64,000 bases of DNA from Halobacteriales archaeon. GTDB taxonomy: Archaea > Halobacteriota > Halobacteria > Halobacteriales > Hikarchaeaceae. The stretch is taken from the NCBI GenBank assembly GCA_042219475.1, contig JBDGPX010000007.1, positions 30,433 through 94,432 of the forward strand, given 5' to 3'. Of the stretch, positions 8,694 to 19,726 are shown piece after piece; positions within the stretch are counted from its first letter, which is position 1, and the number at the start of each line of letters is the position of its first letter. The position numbers and the translations under genes were made by a program. The notes beneath the pieces are model-generated. The model searched no databases. It had not been told where the DNA came from and saw only the letters and a program-made list of their open reading frames with translations.

Positions 8694-9671
8694 ATGAGCG
8701 AATCGGACGGGCCAAAGCAGGTCGACAATCCGGACTACCATAACGTCGATCACACGGCCGCCCAGACCTGTGGCTGGACAAAAAACGCCCTCCGAGGAGA
8801 GGGAAAGTGTTACAAAAATATCTTCTACGGGATCGAGTCCCATCGCTGCATTCAGATGACACCGGTCGTCCGGTGTAATGAACGCTGTGTGTTTTGTTGG
8901 CGGGATCACCAGGGCCATGCCTACGAACTCGACGGCGTTGAGTGGGATGATCCCGAGGATGTCGTCGACGCCTCGATCGAACTCCAGCGCAAGCTTCTCT
9001 CGGGGTTTGGCGGCAATGACGAGGTCCCCCGCGAGCGGTTCGACCAGGCTATGGAGCCACGTCACGTCGCGATCAGCCTCGACGGCGAGCCCACGCTCTA
9101 TCCCTACCTCCCCGAGCTGATCGAGGAATTCCACACACGAGATATCACGACCTTCCTCGTCAGCAACGGGACTCGTCCCGATGTCCTCGCCGAGTGTAAC
9201 CCTACACAGCTGTACGTCAGCGTCGATGCCGCCGATCGGGCGACTTTCGATGAGGTGGTACGGGCGATCGAGGACGACGCCTGGGAGCGACTGATCGAGA
9301 CTATGGACGTCCTGCATGCCAAAAACGAGACCCGCACGGTGTTGCGGACGACCGCGATCAAGGGACTGAATATGGACCATCCCGACTGGTTCGCGGGCTT
9401 TTTCGAGCGGGCCGATCCCGATTTCATCGAGCTGAAGGCCTACATGCACGTCGGCCACTCCCGGGGCCGGCTTGATCGTTCGTCGATGCCTGACCACGAG
9501 GAGGTCGTCGAATTCGCCGAGGCGATCGGCGAGTATCTCCCCGAGTATGATACCCTGAAGGAGGTGCCCGCCTCGCGCGTGGCGCTGCTCTCGAAGACCG
9601 AGGACACCTGGGTGCCGAAGCTGAAGAAAGACAGCGCATTCTGGACCGACGATCCGCTGGCGGACGTCTAA
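8694..9671 (+). CDS. taw1: tRNA 4-demethylwyosine synthase (radical SAM, TYW1/Taw1)
   Basis: Radical-SAM cluster motif CNERCVFCWR. Family-typical length. ATG 8694 preferred over ATG 8670. Confidence 0.85.
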   Translation: MSESDGPKQVDNPDYHNVDHTAAQTCGWTKNALRGEGKCYKNIFYGIESHRCIQMTPVVRCNERCVFCWRDHQGHAYELDGVEWDDPEDVVDASIELQRKLLSGFGGNDEVPRERFDQAMEPRHVAISLDGEPTLYPYLPELIEEFHTRDITTFLVSNGTRPDVLAECNPTQLYVSVDAADRATFDEVVRAIEDDAWERLIETMDVLHAKNETRTVLRTTAIKGLNMDHPDWFAGFFERADPDFIELKAYMHVGHSRGRLDRSSMPDHEEVVEFAEAIGEYLPEYDTLKEVPASRVALLSKTEDTWVPKLKKDSAFWTDDPLADV

Positions 9672-9822
9672 GTGGCTTTTCGGCCCGCTGCCCGCTTGTC
9701 ATGGTTCGTTTCCCGCTTTCATTAAGGGGAAGTAACGTCGGTTAACGCGCGTGTATCCCATCTCGGTGGGTGATCGCTGGACGTGAATTTATGTGTCCGA
9801 TCGCTGTGGGTATATAGCATCC

Positions 9823-11907
9823 ATGCGAGCGGAGCACGCTCATCTCGGCATCGATATCGGTGGAACGTTCACCGATATCACGTTCGTCGATCGTGCCACC
9901 GAAGAGATCGACGTCGGGATCGAAAAACACCCGACGAGTGCCAATCCGGCCGAGACGGTCAAAGACGCCATCGATCGGTTGGCTGATACAAACCGGTTCG
10001 ATATCACCGACTGTCGGATCTTCACTCACGCGACGACAGTCGCCGGAAATACGTTACTTGAACGGGCAGGCAGTCAGGTCGGGTTACTCACGACGGCGGG
10101 ATTCCGGGACATCATTGAAATGCGGGATGAAAGCCGCTATGACCTCTATGATGCCCATATTTCGTTCCCGGAGCCGATCCCGGAACGGCGGTTCCGGACC
10201 GGCGTTACCGAGCGGGTAACCGAAGATGGTACGGTCATGGAGCCGATCGATCCGGACGAACTCAAACGGGCGGTTCGGACGCTACGCCAGCGTGGGGCCG
10301 AAACGATCGCGGTCAGTTTTCTCCACTCCTACGTGAACGACGCGAACGAACAACGTGCCAACGCCATCATCCAGGAGGCCTTTCCGGAATTGTCCGTGAG
10401 TCTTTCCGCCGAGACCGCGCCCCGGCTTGGCGAATATCCCCGAACGACTACCACGACGATCAACGCCTACCTCAAGCCGATCGTTCAGGACTATCTCACC
10501 GAACTGGAGGCCTTTTTGACCGAGGAGGGATTTACGGGTGCGTTCCTGATCATGACGTCCGGCGGTGGCGTCGTCCCGGCAGCGTCCGCCCGGGAGCTTC
10601 CCGTTAGGTTGCTCGAATCCGGCCCGACGGCCGGCGCGCTTGTCGCTCAATATCTCGGGCAACGGTATGAAACACCTGACGTGATCGCCTTCGATATGGG
10701 CGGCACGACATCGAAAGGTTGTATTATCGAGGATTATGCCGTCGACAAAGCGTTCGAATTCGAAGCCGCACGGGAACACGAATTCAAAGCCGGCAGCGGC
10801 TATCCCGTGTTGATTCCAAACGTCAACCTCATCGAATTCAGTTCCGGAGGCGGTAGCATCGCCGATATCGATGACTTCGGATCGCTCACGATCGGTCCCG
10901 AAAGCGCCGGTGCGGTCCCCGGACCGGCCTGTTATGACCGGGGTGGCACGCGGGCGACCATCACCGATGCCGATGCCGTGCTGGGATATCTGCGCGAGGA
11001 TACCTTTGGGGACGGTCCCATCGATCTGAACCGGCAGCGGGCCAAGGATGTGATCCGTTCGGAGATCGCTGCACCCCTCGGTATTGATACCATCGATGCG
11101 GCTGCTGGCATCGTCCGCACCGCGAATGAGCGCATCTCGAATGCGTTCAAAGAACACGCCGCCGAACGCGGCATCGATATCCGGCGCAGTCGGCTGCTCG
11201 CCTTCGGCGGGGCCGGACCGATGCACGCCGGCGCGATCGCGAAATCTCTGAACATCGACACCGTCATTGTTCCACCTAACGCCGGTGTCCTCTCGAGTTT
11301 CGGGTTGCTGGTGACGCCGAAGTCGGTGTCGGTGAGCGAGGAAGTTCGCAACGCCGTGGATGACGTCCGTATCGACGATATCGAGACGGTGATCCAGACG
11401 TTGACTGACGAGGCGGCATCGGTCTTGGATGTCGACGCTGCCGACCGTACCGCCATCACGAAACGTCTCACGTTCGACATGCGGTTCGATGGCCAGGGAT
11501 TCGATGAGGAAATCAGCTTCCCGGCGGAGACGCCATTGACGATTCCCAACCTCCTGGAGGCGTTCGAGATCCACTACGAGGACACCTACGGCGTGTTGCC
11601 CGAGAAGGATATCCGGCTGTCTCGGATCAAACTGGAACTGACGCTGTCTGACGAGCCGGACGCTATCGAATTAACGACGGACGGCCCCGCTAATTCCCAA
11701 ATGGATCCGGTGCTGGCGGAACGCGAGGCGTATTTCCCGGCCACGGCCTCGTTCCATCGGACGCGATTTCTGGCGCGGGAGCGGTTGAGCATCGATCAAC
11801 AGCTCACCACGCCGTGTATCATCGAAGGCAACGGATCGACAACCGTGATCGGGCCCGATTCCGACGCCCGTATCGATGAACATCGCAATATCGTCGTGGG
11901 GTGCTAA
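9823..11907 (+). CDS. hyuA: hydantoinase/oxoprolinase family protein, A subunit
   Basis: N-terminal LGIDIGGTFTD motif. AATTTAT TATA-like box about 34 nt upstream of ATG 9823. The ORF track starts at GTG 9793. Confidence 0.85.
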   Translation: MRAEHAHLGIDIGGTFTDITFVDRATEEIDVGIEKHPTSANPAETVKDAIDRLADTNRFDITDCRIFTHATTVAGNTLLERAGSQVGLLTTAGFRDIIEMRDESRYDLYDAHISFPEPIPERRFRTGVTERVTEDGTVMEPIDPDELKRAVRTLRQRGAETIAVSFLHSYVNDANEQRANAIIQEAFPELSVSLSAETAPRLGEYPRTTTTTINAYLKPIVQDYLTELEAFLTEEGFTGAFLIMTSGGGVVPAASARELPVRLLESGPTAGALVAQYLGQRYETPDVIAFDMGGTTSKGCIIEDYAVDKAFEFEAAREHEFKAGSGYPVLIPNVNLIEFSSGGGSIADIDDFGSLTIGPESAGAVPGPACYDRGGTRATITDADAVLGYLREDTFGDGPIDLNRQRAKDVIRSEIAAPLGIDTIDAAAGIVRTANERISNAFKEHAAERGIDIRRSRLLAFGGAGPMHAGAIAKSLNIDTVIVPPNAGVLSSFGLLVTPKSVSVSEEVRNAVDDVRIDDIETVIQTLTDEAASVLDVDAADRTAITKRLTFDMRFDGQGFDEEISFPAETPLTIPNLLEAFEIHYEDTYGVLPEKDIRLSRIKLELTLSDEPDAIELTTDGPANSQMDPVLAEREAYFPATASFHRTRFLARERLSIDQQLTTPCIIEGNGSTTVIGPDSDARIDEHRNIVVGC

Positions 11908-11911
11908 TCCG

Positions 11912-13552
11912 ATGAGCGACATCGACGACATTTCACTCGGTGTGTACCGGGACAAATTGGTGTCGATCTGTGACCAGATGACGAACACGCTGGCCAGAAC
12001 GAGTTTCTCCCCGATCCTCCGAGAGGCCTTTGATCTGAGCGTCGGCATTACGGACAGGGACGGCCGACTCGTTGCCGAGGCGACCAATAGCCTGCCGAAT
12101 TTCACCCGGTTTCTCTCCCAGGCCTCGAAGAATATGATCGACGAGTTCGGCTATGATGGCATCGACGACGGGGATGTCCTGGTGAGCAATGACCCGTGGA
12201 GCGAAACAACCCACCAGTACGATATCGCCATCATCCACCCCGTCTTCTACGACGATGAATTCGTCGGCTTCACGACCGGGATGGGCCATCTATCGGATAT
12301 CGGTGGCAAGCCGTATTCGGCCGAGGCGAAATCGACGTTCGAAGAGGGACTGATCATCCCGCCGATGAAACTGATTCGTGGTGGCGAGCTGAACGATGAC
12401 ATCGTCGATATCATCCGAGCGAACGTGCGGGTCCCCAACGAAGTCATCGGCGACATCAAGTCGTTTCTGGCAGCGACCCATACCGGTCACGAGGAGATCA
12501 TCCGATTCATCGACCAGTACGATATTGACTTCCAGGCGGTGAGTGACGGCATCATCCGGCAATCAACCGCCAACATGCAACACGCGATCGGTGACCTCCC
12601 GGATGGCCGATACGAGGAATCTATTACTGTCGACGGCGTGAATCGAGATATCCGGATCGCGTGTGCGATCACGATCGAGGGTGATCGGCTGGCTGTGGAT
12701 TATGCAGGAACGGATGAGGAGGTCGACACGGCGATCAACGTCCCGAAACTGTACACCGACGCGTACACCCAGTACGCGATCAAATGCGTGACAACGCCCC
12801 AGACACACGAAACCGACGGCGATTTCCAGCCGGTGACGATCGACGCGCCGACGGGTTCGATCCTCAATCCGACGTATCCGGCCGCTATCGCGGGTCGGGC
12901 CTTGATCGGCCATCACTGTGCGGTCATCACAAACCGGGTGTTGTCCCAGATCGCCCCCGACATGACGATGGCCGACCCTGGTATGACGATGACGAGCCAG
13001 ATCAACTTCGAAACCGCTGACGGCGAGCAGCAGTCCGAAATGATGTTCAGTGCCGGCGGAAGCGGGGCCACCGCCCGCAAGGACGGTGCACCGACGCTGT
13101 CACTCCCGACTAATACCGCCTCGATCTCGATCGAGGATCTTGAGTCAAAGACCGGCCGCCTGCTGTTTCTCAGAAAAGCGCTCAGACAGGATTCCGGTGG
13201 TCCCGGCGAAACCCGTGGTGGATTAGGCCAAGAAATCGCGGTCCGGAACCGGTCGGATACGACCATCGACATCAACTTCCTCGGGAGAAAGGGCGCGTTC
13301 CCGGCCAAGGGGATTCAGGGTGGCCACGATGGGACGTGTCAGTCCGTTTATATCGATGATAAACAGGTCCCCGTCAAATCCGATCAACAACTAAAACCGA
13401 ACGAAGTCGTCAGCTATTACGAGGCTGGCGGCGGCGGATTTGGCGATCCAACTGATCGTTCGCCCGAACGGATTCGGAACGATCTCGGTAACGGCTATAT
13501 TTCCGAACAACACGCCCGTGAGGCCTATGATTTCGATCCCGATTCGATGTAG
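11912..13552 (+). CDS. hyuB: hydantoinase B/oxoprolinase family protein, B subunit
   Basis: 546 aa from ATG 11912, 4 nt after the hyuA stop. Hydantoinase_B-like sequence throughout. Confidence 0.85.
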   Translation: MSDIDDISLGVYRDKLVSICDQMTNTLARTSFSPILREAFDLSVGITDRDGRLVAEATNSLPNFTRFLSQASKNMIDEFGYDGIDDGDVLVSNDPWSETTHQYDIAIIHPVFYDDEFVGFTTGMGHLSDIGGKPYSAEAKSTFEEGLIIPPMKLIRGGELNDDIVDIIRANVRVPNEVIGDIKSFLAATHTGHEEIIRFIDQYDIDFQAVSDGIIRQSTANMQHAIGDLPDGRYEESITVDGVNRDIRIACAITIEGDRLAVDYAGTDEEVDTAINVPKLYTDAYTQYAIKCVTTPQTHETDGDFQPVTIDAPTGSILNPTYPAAIAGRALIGHHCAVITNRVLSQIAPDMTMADPGMTMTSQINFETADGEQQSEMMFSAGGSGATARKDGAPTLSLPTNTASISIEDLESKTGRLLFLRKALRQDSGGPGETRGGLGQEIAVRNRSDTTIDINFLGRKGAFPAKGIQGGHDGTCQSVYIDDKQVPVKSDQQLKPNEVVSYYEAGGGGFGDPTDRSPERIRNDLGNGYISEQHAREAYDFDPDSM

Positions 13553-13832
13553 TCCGGGTCAACTGACCCAAGGTTTACTGTCCGCTGGATGATAGGCTCA
13601 ATCCGCATATCTACAACCTACGCTTGAGCGGCTATTCAACGACGGATCAGCCCGATGAACGATACTTTGTACCGTGTTGATCGATATGGCCCAGCTCACG
13701 AGGATCCTCCCGTATTAGCTCCGATTCGTGATTCCATAGGTTTAATGTCATTCCCGTCTGGAATCACACTACTTGGCTCGTTTGAGAATCATCCGTCCGC
13801 CTGATTCGTCTCGATAGGTTCTCAATTCTGAG

Positions 13833-14588
13833 ATGCATCTCGAATCCGGTATCCTTATCACGCCTGTGAATCAATATCCGGACATGGCAGGACGGACGTC
13901 GCTCGCCGTCGGGCACGACGAACTCGCGACGTTGCGACAGATCGCGCTCGACGGCGGGATTGCCGGGGAGACGAAGCTCTCCTGTGCCGATCTCGCCGGT
14001 ACTCTCGACGTATCGACCCAAACTGCCTCGCGACGGCTCCAGCGGCTCGAGGAGGTCGACTACCTCGAACGGGAAACCGTCGCTGACGGCCAGTGGGTCC
14101 GGATCACCGATTCGGGTGAAAGTGCCCTTCGAGAGGAGTATGAGGCCTATCGTCGCATCTTCGAGGAACCCGAACAGCTCGAACTGCGAGGGACCGTCAC
14201 CAGCGGGATGGGCGAGGGACGTCACTACATCTCCCTGTCCGGGTATATGAAGCAGTTCAGAGAGCGACTCGGGTATGAGCCGTTTGCGGGGACATTGAAC
14301 CTCGAACTCGACGCCGAGAGTGTCCGGCTCCGGGCCGGATTGCGGACCTTCGAACCGATCCCCATCGACGGCTGGGAGGACGACGATCGGACCTACGGTC
14401 CGGCGGTCTGCTATCCCGCATCCATCGAGACTGCAACGGGTGACCGCTACGAGGAGTGCCACGTGATCGCTCCCGAGCGGACCCACCACGACGAAGACCA
14501 ACTCGAACTGATCGCCCCCGTGAAGCTCCGGGATGCCCTTGAGCTCGAAGACGGCGATCACATCAACGTCTATGTCCAGGAGCGATAA
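13833..14588 (+). CDS. ribK: CTP-dependent riboflavin kinase fused to an N-terminal winged-HTH domain (RbkR-like)
   Basis: HTH segment [26 protein letters not shown]. Kinase motifs [11 protein letters not shown] and FAGTLNLEL. Alternative start at ATG 13884. Confidence 0.85.
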   Translation: MHLESGILITPVNQYPDMAGRTSLAVGHDELATLRQIALDGGIAGETKLSCADLAGTLDVSTQTASRRLQRLEEVDYLERETVADGQWVRITDSGESALREEYEAYRRIFEEPEQLELRGTVTSGMGEGRHYISLSGYMKQFRERLGYEPFAGTLNLELDAESVRLRAGLRTFEPIPIDGWEDDDRTYGPAVCYPASIETATGDRYEECHVIAPERTHHDEDQLELIAPVKLRDALELEDGDHINVYVQER

Positions 14589-15267
14589 CCGCGTGAGTCA
14601 GCAACATTCGACCGATGTCGAGCGAGCGATTGCCGCCTTCCAGACCGGCGAGGCGGTCCTGATCCACGACGATGACGATCGGGAAGCCGAGACTGATCTC
14701 CTCTTTCCCGCCGCAGGGATCACTCACGAACGGATCGCTCAGCTCCGCAACGACGCCGGTGGTCTCCTTTTTGTCGCCCTTGCCGCTGATGTGGCCGATG
14801 CGTTCGAACTCCCATTTTTACACGACGTGATCGAACATCCCGCTAACGATCACTCGGATCTCTCCTATGACGCGCGGCCGTCCTTTTCGCTGTCAGTCAA
14901 CCATCGAGACACCTACACCGGGATCACCGACGCCGATCGCGCACGGACCGTCAGCGCGCTCGCAACAGCCGCGGCGGCTGCTCGGGCGGGTGAGTACGAC
15001 GCCGAGGCGTTTGGCGCCGAGTTCCGGACGCCGGGCCACGTCCATCTCCTCCGGGCGGCCGATGGACTGCTTGCCGAACGACAGGGCCATACCGAATTCG
15101 GCATCGCCCTCGCCGAGGCAGCCGGCCAGCCGCCGGCCGTCGTCGGCTGCGAAATGCTTGATGACGAAACCGGGGGCGCCCTCTCGACGCCGGCCGCCCG
15201 CGACTACGCCGCCCGTCACGACCTCGTGTTCGTTGAAGGGGCCGCGTTGCTCAACGCGTTGCGCTGA
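14572..15267 (+). CDS. ribB: 3,4-dihydroxy-2-butanone-4-phosphate synthase
   Basis: Motif [16 protein letters not shown]. Start is ambiguous: ATG 14572 overlaps ribK by 17 nt, or the in-frame GTG at 14593. Confidence 0.85.
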   Translation: MSRSDNRVSQQHSTDVERAIAAFQTGEAVLIHDDDDREAETDLLFPAAGITHERIAQLRNDAGGLLFVALAADVADAFELPFLHDVIEHPANDHSDLSYDARPSFSLSVNHRDTYTGITDADRARTVSALATAAAAARAGEYDAEAFGAEFRTPGHVHLLRAADGLLAERQGHTEFGIALAEAAGQPPAVVGCEMLDDETGGALSTPAARDYAARHDLVFVEGAALLNALR

Positions 15268-15425
15268 TCGCTCGATCCGGATTATCGTCTCGTCTCCTCT
15301 CCTCGCGACGAGCGGAGTCGAGCGCAAAACACCAAGCACGCTCGTTGGCCGCTGACACTACTGACGACTCGCTTTTCGTCCAATAGGAATAAATAATAGT
15401 CCCCGTCCGACTACTGGGAGATACC

Positions 15426-16367
15426 ATGAGTGATCGTCCCGAAATGTTCCAAGGCGTCGACTCGATTTGGATGAACGGCGAGTTCGTTGATTTCGATGAC
15501 GCGACGATTCATGTGCTGACCCACGGCCTCCACTACGGCACCGGTATCTTCGAAGGCGTCCGGGCCTACGATACCGAGAACGGTCCCGCGATCTTCCGCT
15601 GGGAAGAACACCTCGAGCGCTTCTATCACTCCGCGGAACCCTACGATCTCGATATCGACTATGAGCCCGAGGAACTCACCGAGGCGACCGTTGAGTTGCT
15701 CCGTCGGGAGAACCTCGAGTCCGGGTATATCCGTCCGATCGCCTTCTATGGCTACGAAAGTCTCGGGCTCGATCCGTCGGGCGTTCCGACCGACGTCGCG
15801 ATCGCCGCCTGGCCGTGGGGGACGTACCTCGGCGAGGACGCCTTGGAGAACGGGGTCGAAGTGATGGTTTCCTCCTGGCGAAAGCACGCCTCGAGCCAGA
15901 TCCCGACCAACGCGAAGACGACCGGCCTCTACGTCAACAGCCTGCTTGCGGGCGAGGAAGCTCGCCGGAACGGCTACGCCGAGGCGATCGTCCTCAACAA
16001 GGAGGGCAACGTCGCCGAAGGCCCCGGCGAGAACCTCTTTTTGGTGCGCGACGGCGAGGTCTTCACACCCGGTCTCGCCGAAGGGATCCTCGATGGAATC
16101 ACGCGCCGGACCGTGATCACGCTGGCCCGCGAGTTGGGCTACACGGTGCATGATGAGGCGACGATCAGCCGCGGCGAACTCAACACCGCCGACGAGCTGT
16201 TCTTCTGTGGCACCGCCGCCGAAGTGACCCCGATCCGAAAGATCGACAACGTCGTCATCGGCAACGGCAGCCGCGGCCCGGTCACCGAGGAGATCCAATC
16301 GGCATTCTTCGATCTGGTCGAACGGCGGACCGACGACCATCCCGAGTGGTTCACCTTCGTCGAGTGA
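15426..16367 (+). CDS. ilvE: branched-chain amino acid aminotransferase (class IV)
   Basis: 313 aa with GLHYGTGIFEGVRAY and class IV layout. ATAAATAA box about 34 nt upstream. Confidence 0.9.
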   Translation: MSDRPEMFQGVDSIWMNGEFVDFDDATIHVLTHGLHYGTGIFEGVRAYDTENGPAIFRWEEHLERFYHSAEPYDLDIDYEPEELTEATVELLRRENLESGYIRPIAFYGYESLGLDPSGVPTDVAIAAWPWGTYLGEDALENGVEVMVSSWRKHASSQIPTNAKTTGLYVNSLLAGEEARRNGYAEAIVLNKEGNVAEGPGENLFLVRDGEVFTPGLAEGILDGITRRTVITLARELGYTVHDEATISRGELNTADELFFCGTAAEVTPIRKIDNVVIGNGSRGPVTEEIQSAFFDLVERRTDDHPEWFTFVE

Positions 16368-16378
16368 TCGCCGCGTGC

Positions 16379-16738
16379 TCACTCCTCGGGAGCGTATTCC
16401 TCGTGGATACGATCCATCCGAGCGGCCATCACGAAGTCCGCCTGATGTAAGCCGTCGATTTTGTGGGTCCACATCTCGACGACGACTTCACCCCACGAGA
16501 GATGGATATCGGGATGGTGCCACTCCTCCTCTGCGAGTTCGCCGATTTCGTAGGTGAACTCTAACGCGTCTCGGAAATCTTCGAACTCATAGGTCCCTTC
16601 GAGATGGTGTTCATCGATGATGTCCCAGACCTCAGTGTCGATCTGTTCGTACAACGCGTCCAAATCTTCGCCCGTGAGCGGTTCGTCCTCGCTCGTACAC
16701 GCCTCACACTCCTGATCGGCTAATGCTTGCTGAGACAT
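16379..16738 (-). CDS. 4a-hydroxytetrahydrobiopterin (pterin-4a-carbinolamine) dehydratase
   Basis: 119 aa with signature [22 protein letters not shown]. Confidence 0.85.
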   Translation of the reverse strand: MSQQALADQECEACTSEDEPLTGEDLDALYEQIDTEVWDIIDEHHLEGTYEFEDFRDALEFTYEIGELAEEEWHHPDIHLSWGEVVVEMWTHKIDGLHQADFVMAARMDRIHEEYAPEE

Positions 16739-16842
16739 GCTCGATACATCGGCTGGGACAGAATTGAATCTTTGCCACCATTACAGCAGTAGCGAGGCGA
16801 AGGTCCACTCAACAGCGCTGTGTGAATTCTGTAATCTCTGTG

Positions 16843-17526
16843 TTATTCACCGGATCGGGAGGTGGGTTGGCCATTGTCGGCTCCGTCGCCGCCGTCCCGT
16901 TCGTTGGCGACAGCATCGGTAACCTCGATCGGGATCCCCTGCTCGCGGCTTTCGCCGAAGCCAGCACTCAGAATGCGCGTGAGGGCGTCCTCGACCTTCT
17001 CGTCGGATTCATCGAGCCGCTCGGGTTCGATCTCCATGACGAAGCCGGTCGTGATGTTCGGTGCCGTTGGCATAAATACGATTTCACGCCCGTCGTCGGT
17101 CCGCTTGCCGGTCTTAAACGCCGTCAGACGGGCCCCGTTCCAGAGCTCGAGTTTGACCGGTCGTTGGAAATCCTCCGTTCCCGAGAGTGCCGTCCTGACG
17201 GCCATCTTCGAAGCGTTGTATACCACTCGTAATCCGGGGACATAGTTGATGAGATCATCGAGCGCCTCCTCTAGGATGCTCCCCAGCGCCGTCCGCATTA
17301 GATAGCCGATCGAGAGCACGAGCCCCCCGAAAATCAGCAGCGTCAACACCACCCGAACGAGTTCCGCCATCAGCATGCTGCCGCCAAACAGCGACGGTTT
17401 GATCATCGTCTGGAGGAGGGGTACGCTGGCAATGATCGTATAGAGCCACGTGACGACATAGAGGGTCACGAGGATCGGGATCAACACGATGAGCCCACTG
17501 GCAACATCGCGCTTCCAAGTCGACAT
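16843..17526 (-). CDS. DUF502-type membrane protein
   Basis: 227 aa. N-terminal TM pair (GLIVLIPILVTLYVVTWLY) followed by a soluble domain, as in DUF502 proteins. Confidence 0.7.
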   Translation of the reverse strand: MSTWKRDVASGLIVLIPILVTLYVVTWLYTIIASVPLLQTMIKPSLFGGSMLMAELVRVVLTLLIFGGLVLSIGYLMRTALGSILEEALDDLINYVPGLRVVYNASKMAVRTALSGTEDFQRPVKLELWNGARLTAFKTGKRTDDGREIVFMPTAPNITTGFVMEIEPERLDESDEKVEDALTRILSAGFGESREQGIPIEVTDAVANERDGGDGADNGQPTSRSGE

Positions 17527-17695
17527 CGTCTCACCCGGCTATTCGACCCCCTGGACTAATGAGTGCCACGTTACTCGCAAACGTCGTGTTTGTCCGTGCT
17601 GGTCTACGATCCGCTTTATTGATGTTCCTTGATCGATCGTGATCTCGATCCGGTCAGCCGAAGGCTTTTCTCGGTCTCCGTCGGCGTGGCTCCAT

Positions 17696-18871
17696 ATGGA
17701 CCGGGCGATCGTCGCCGAGAAGACCGAGCAGGCGAGCCGTACTCTCGCGGACCTCGATCTCGATTGCTGGCCGACGTTTTGTCGTGAATCGGACGCCATC
17801 GGTGAACCCTCACTCCCCTTCGTCCTCGGATACGACGTCGTCTGGCCGGCCGCCATCCTGGTGACTGACGTGGGTCGAGCGATCGCGATCCTTGGCGAGA
17901 ACGATGCGGCCCCAGCACGCGAGCTCGACGTGCATGATGTCTACGCTTATCGGGAGTCGCTTGAACCGACACTCATCGAGCAGGTAGCGGCGATCGATCC
18001 CGACTCGATCGCGATCAATTACGCCGAGGACTTCCGCACCGCCGACGGGCTGACCCACGGAATGTACCGTCGATTTCTCGGGCATCTCGGTGGAACCCCC
18101 TATGCGGATCGGCTCGTGAGTGCATCGGATGTGATCCGGCGGGTCCGTGGCCGGAAATCGCCGACCGAGCGCGATCGAATCTATCGGGCCGCCGAAACGA
18201 CCGAGGAACTGTTCGCCGAATTCGCCGAAGCGTGGCACCCTGACTGGACTGACTCAGTCCGCCGACTGGCTTCACGAACGGGTGGCTGATCGCGGTCTCG
18301 ACCTCGCGTGGAGTCCGGATTACTGCCCCGCTGTCGACGCGGGCGGTGCCGCCACGGCCGGCCACACGGTGCCCGGCGATCGAACGCTCCCGCCAGGCGA
18401 GGTCTTGCACTTCGACTTCGGCGTCCGGTACGACGGGTATACTGCCGATCTGCAGCGGTGTTACTACCGTCCCAGCGTGGACGCTCCCGATCCTCCGGAC
18501 GTGTTACAGACAGCGCTTCAGAACGTCCGGGCGGCGATCGAGACGGTCGAACCCGGTCGAACCGGCCGGTCAATCGACGCGGCCGCCCGCGAGACGCTAA
18601 CTGATCGGGGCTGGCCAGAGCCCAATCACGGTATCGGCCACGAGGTCGGCCGTGAGGCTCACGACGGCGGAACGCTCTTCGGACCGCCCTGGGAACCCTA
18701 CGGCGCGTCCGTCGAGGCATCGGTGCATGTGGTGGCATCTACGCCGTCGAGCTCGGCGTCGACACCGAGTATGGATACATCGGTTTCGAGGATATGATCG
18801 GAGTAACTGACAGCGGGGTCGAGTACGTCGTCGAGCCCCAACGATCGCTCCGAATCCTTGAGAATCCTTGA
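17696..18871 (+). pseudogene. M24 family Xaa-Pro peptidase gene disrupted by two frameshifts
   Basis: The reading frame goes 2 -> 3 -> 2. The first shift is at a GACT-GACT 4-nt tandem duplication (18247-18254), the second at about 18732-18737. The joined translation is a continuous M24 protein with canonical motifs (FDFGVRYDGYTADLQR, HGIGHEVG, AVELGV, IGFEDMIGV). Confidence 0.8.
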
Positions 18872-18889
18872 TGACCCTGATCGATCGAT

Positions 18890-19726
18890 TCAGCCGCTGA
18901 GAACCGCTCGGAGGCCAAAGAGGAGATTTTCCTTGCGTTCGAGCAGCCGGCGATAGAAGTATGCGGCCCACTTGTCGCCGTAGGGGACGTACTGCCAGAC
19001 CGGATACTCCGTGGCCAGATCGTACTGGGCGTCTTCCCGAACGCCCATGAGCATCTGGATCTCGAAGTCGGTCCCGTGTTCGGCATAGAGTTCTTCGGCT
19101 CGCTCGATCATCGCCGGATCATGGCTCCCGACTGCGATCCCGCCGTCGTACGCCTCGAAGACGTATTCGAGGAGGCTTTCGTACTCTTCGTCGACCCTGG
19201 ATTTCTCGGTGTAGGCGATCTCCTTGGGTGGATCGTAGGCGCCTTTCACTAACCGGATTTTCCCATCGACGTCCTGCAGCCGCTCGAGGTCTTCACGGCT
19301 CCGTCTCATGTTCGCCTGAATACAGACACCGACGCCATTAGGGTAGTGGGCAGCGGCGTCCTCGAAGGCGTCAAGGGTCGCGTCGATGGTCGTGTGGTCC
19401 TCCATGTCGATCCAGACGAACTGTCCGTTGGCGTTCGCCCGCTCGACGATCCGTTCGAGGTTGTCCACGAACACTGACTCGTCGACATCGAGTCCGATCT
19501 GGGACGGTTTCACCGAGATGCAGGCGTCGATGTCCGCGGTATCGATATCGTCGAGCAATCGGCAGTATGTCTCGGTGTCGGCATCGGCTGGTTCACGGTT
19601 CGAGTAGTGCTCACCCAAGAGATTCAGAATCGCACCGACGTCGTGTTCGTTGAGCTGTCGGGCGTGGTCGATCGCCGTTGCTTCGGTTTCTCCGGCGACG
19701 AACTGGGAGGCGATTGGTGGGATCAT
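18890..19726 (-). CDS. proline dehydrogenase family protein
   Basis: 278 aa. N-terminus MIPPIASQFVAGETEATAIDHARQLNEHDVGAILNLLGEHY is typical of monofunctional archaeal/bacterial ProDH. Confidence 0.8.
   Translation of the reverse strand: MIPPIASQFVAGETEATAIDHARQLNEHDVGAILNLLGEHYSNREPADADTETYCRLLDDIDTADIDACISVKPSQIGLDVDESVFVDNLERIVERANANGQFVWIDMEDHTTIDATLDAFEDAAAHYPNGVGVCIQANMRRSREDLERLQDVDGKIRLVKGAYDPPKEIAYTEKSRVDEEYESLLEYVFEAYDGGIAVGSHDPAMIERAEELYAEHGTDFEIQMLMGVREDAQYDLATEYPVWQYVPYGDKWAAYFYRRLLERKENLLFGLRAVLSG

Noticed and set aside
9823-13552. Link between hyuA/hyuB (possible 5-oxoprolinase) and the gamma-glutamylcyclotransferase-like gene at 44426-44854 as a gamma-glutamyl cycle module
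   Set aside because: The genes are more than 30 kb apart with no shared regulation signal. The hydantoinase versus oxoprolinase assignment cannot be made from motifs alone.
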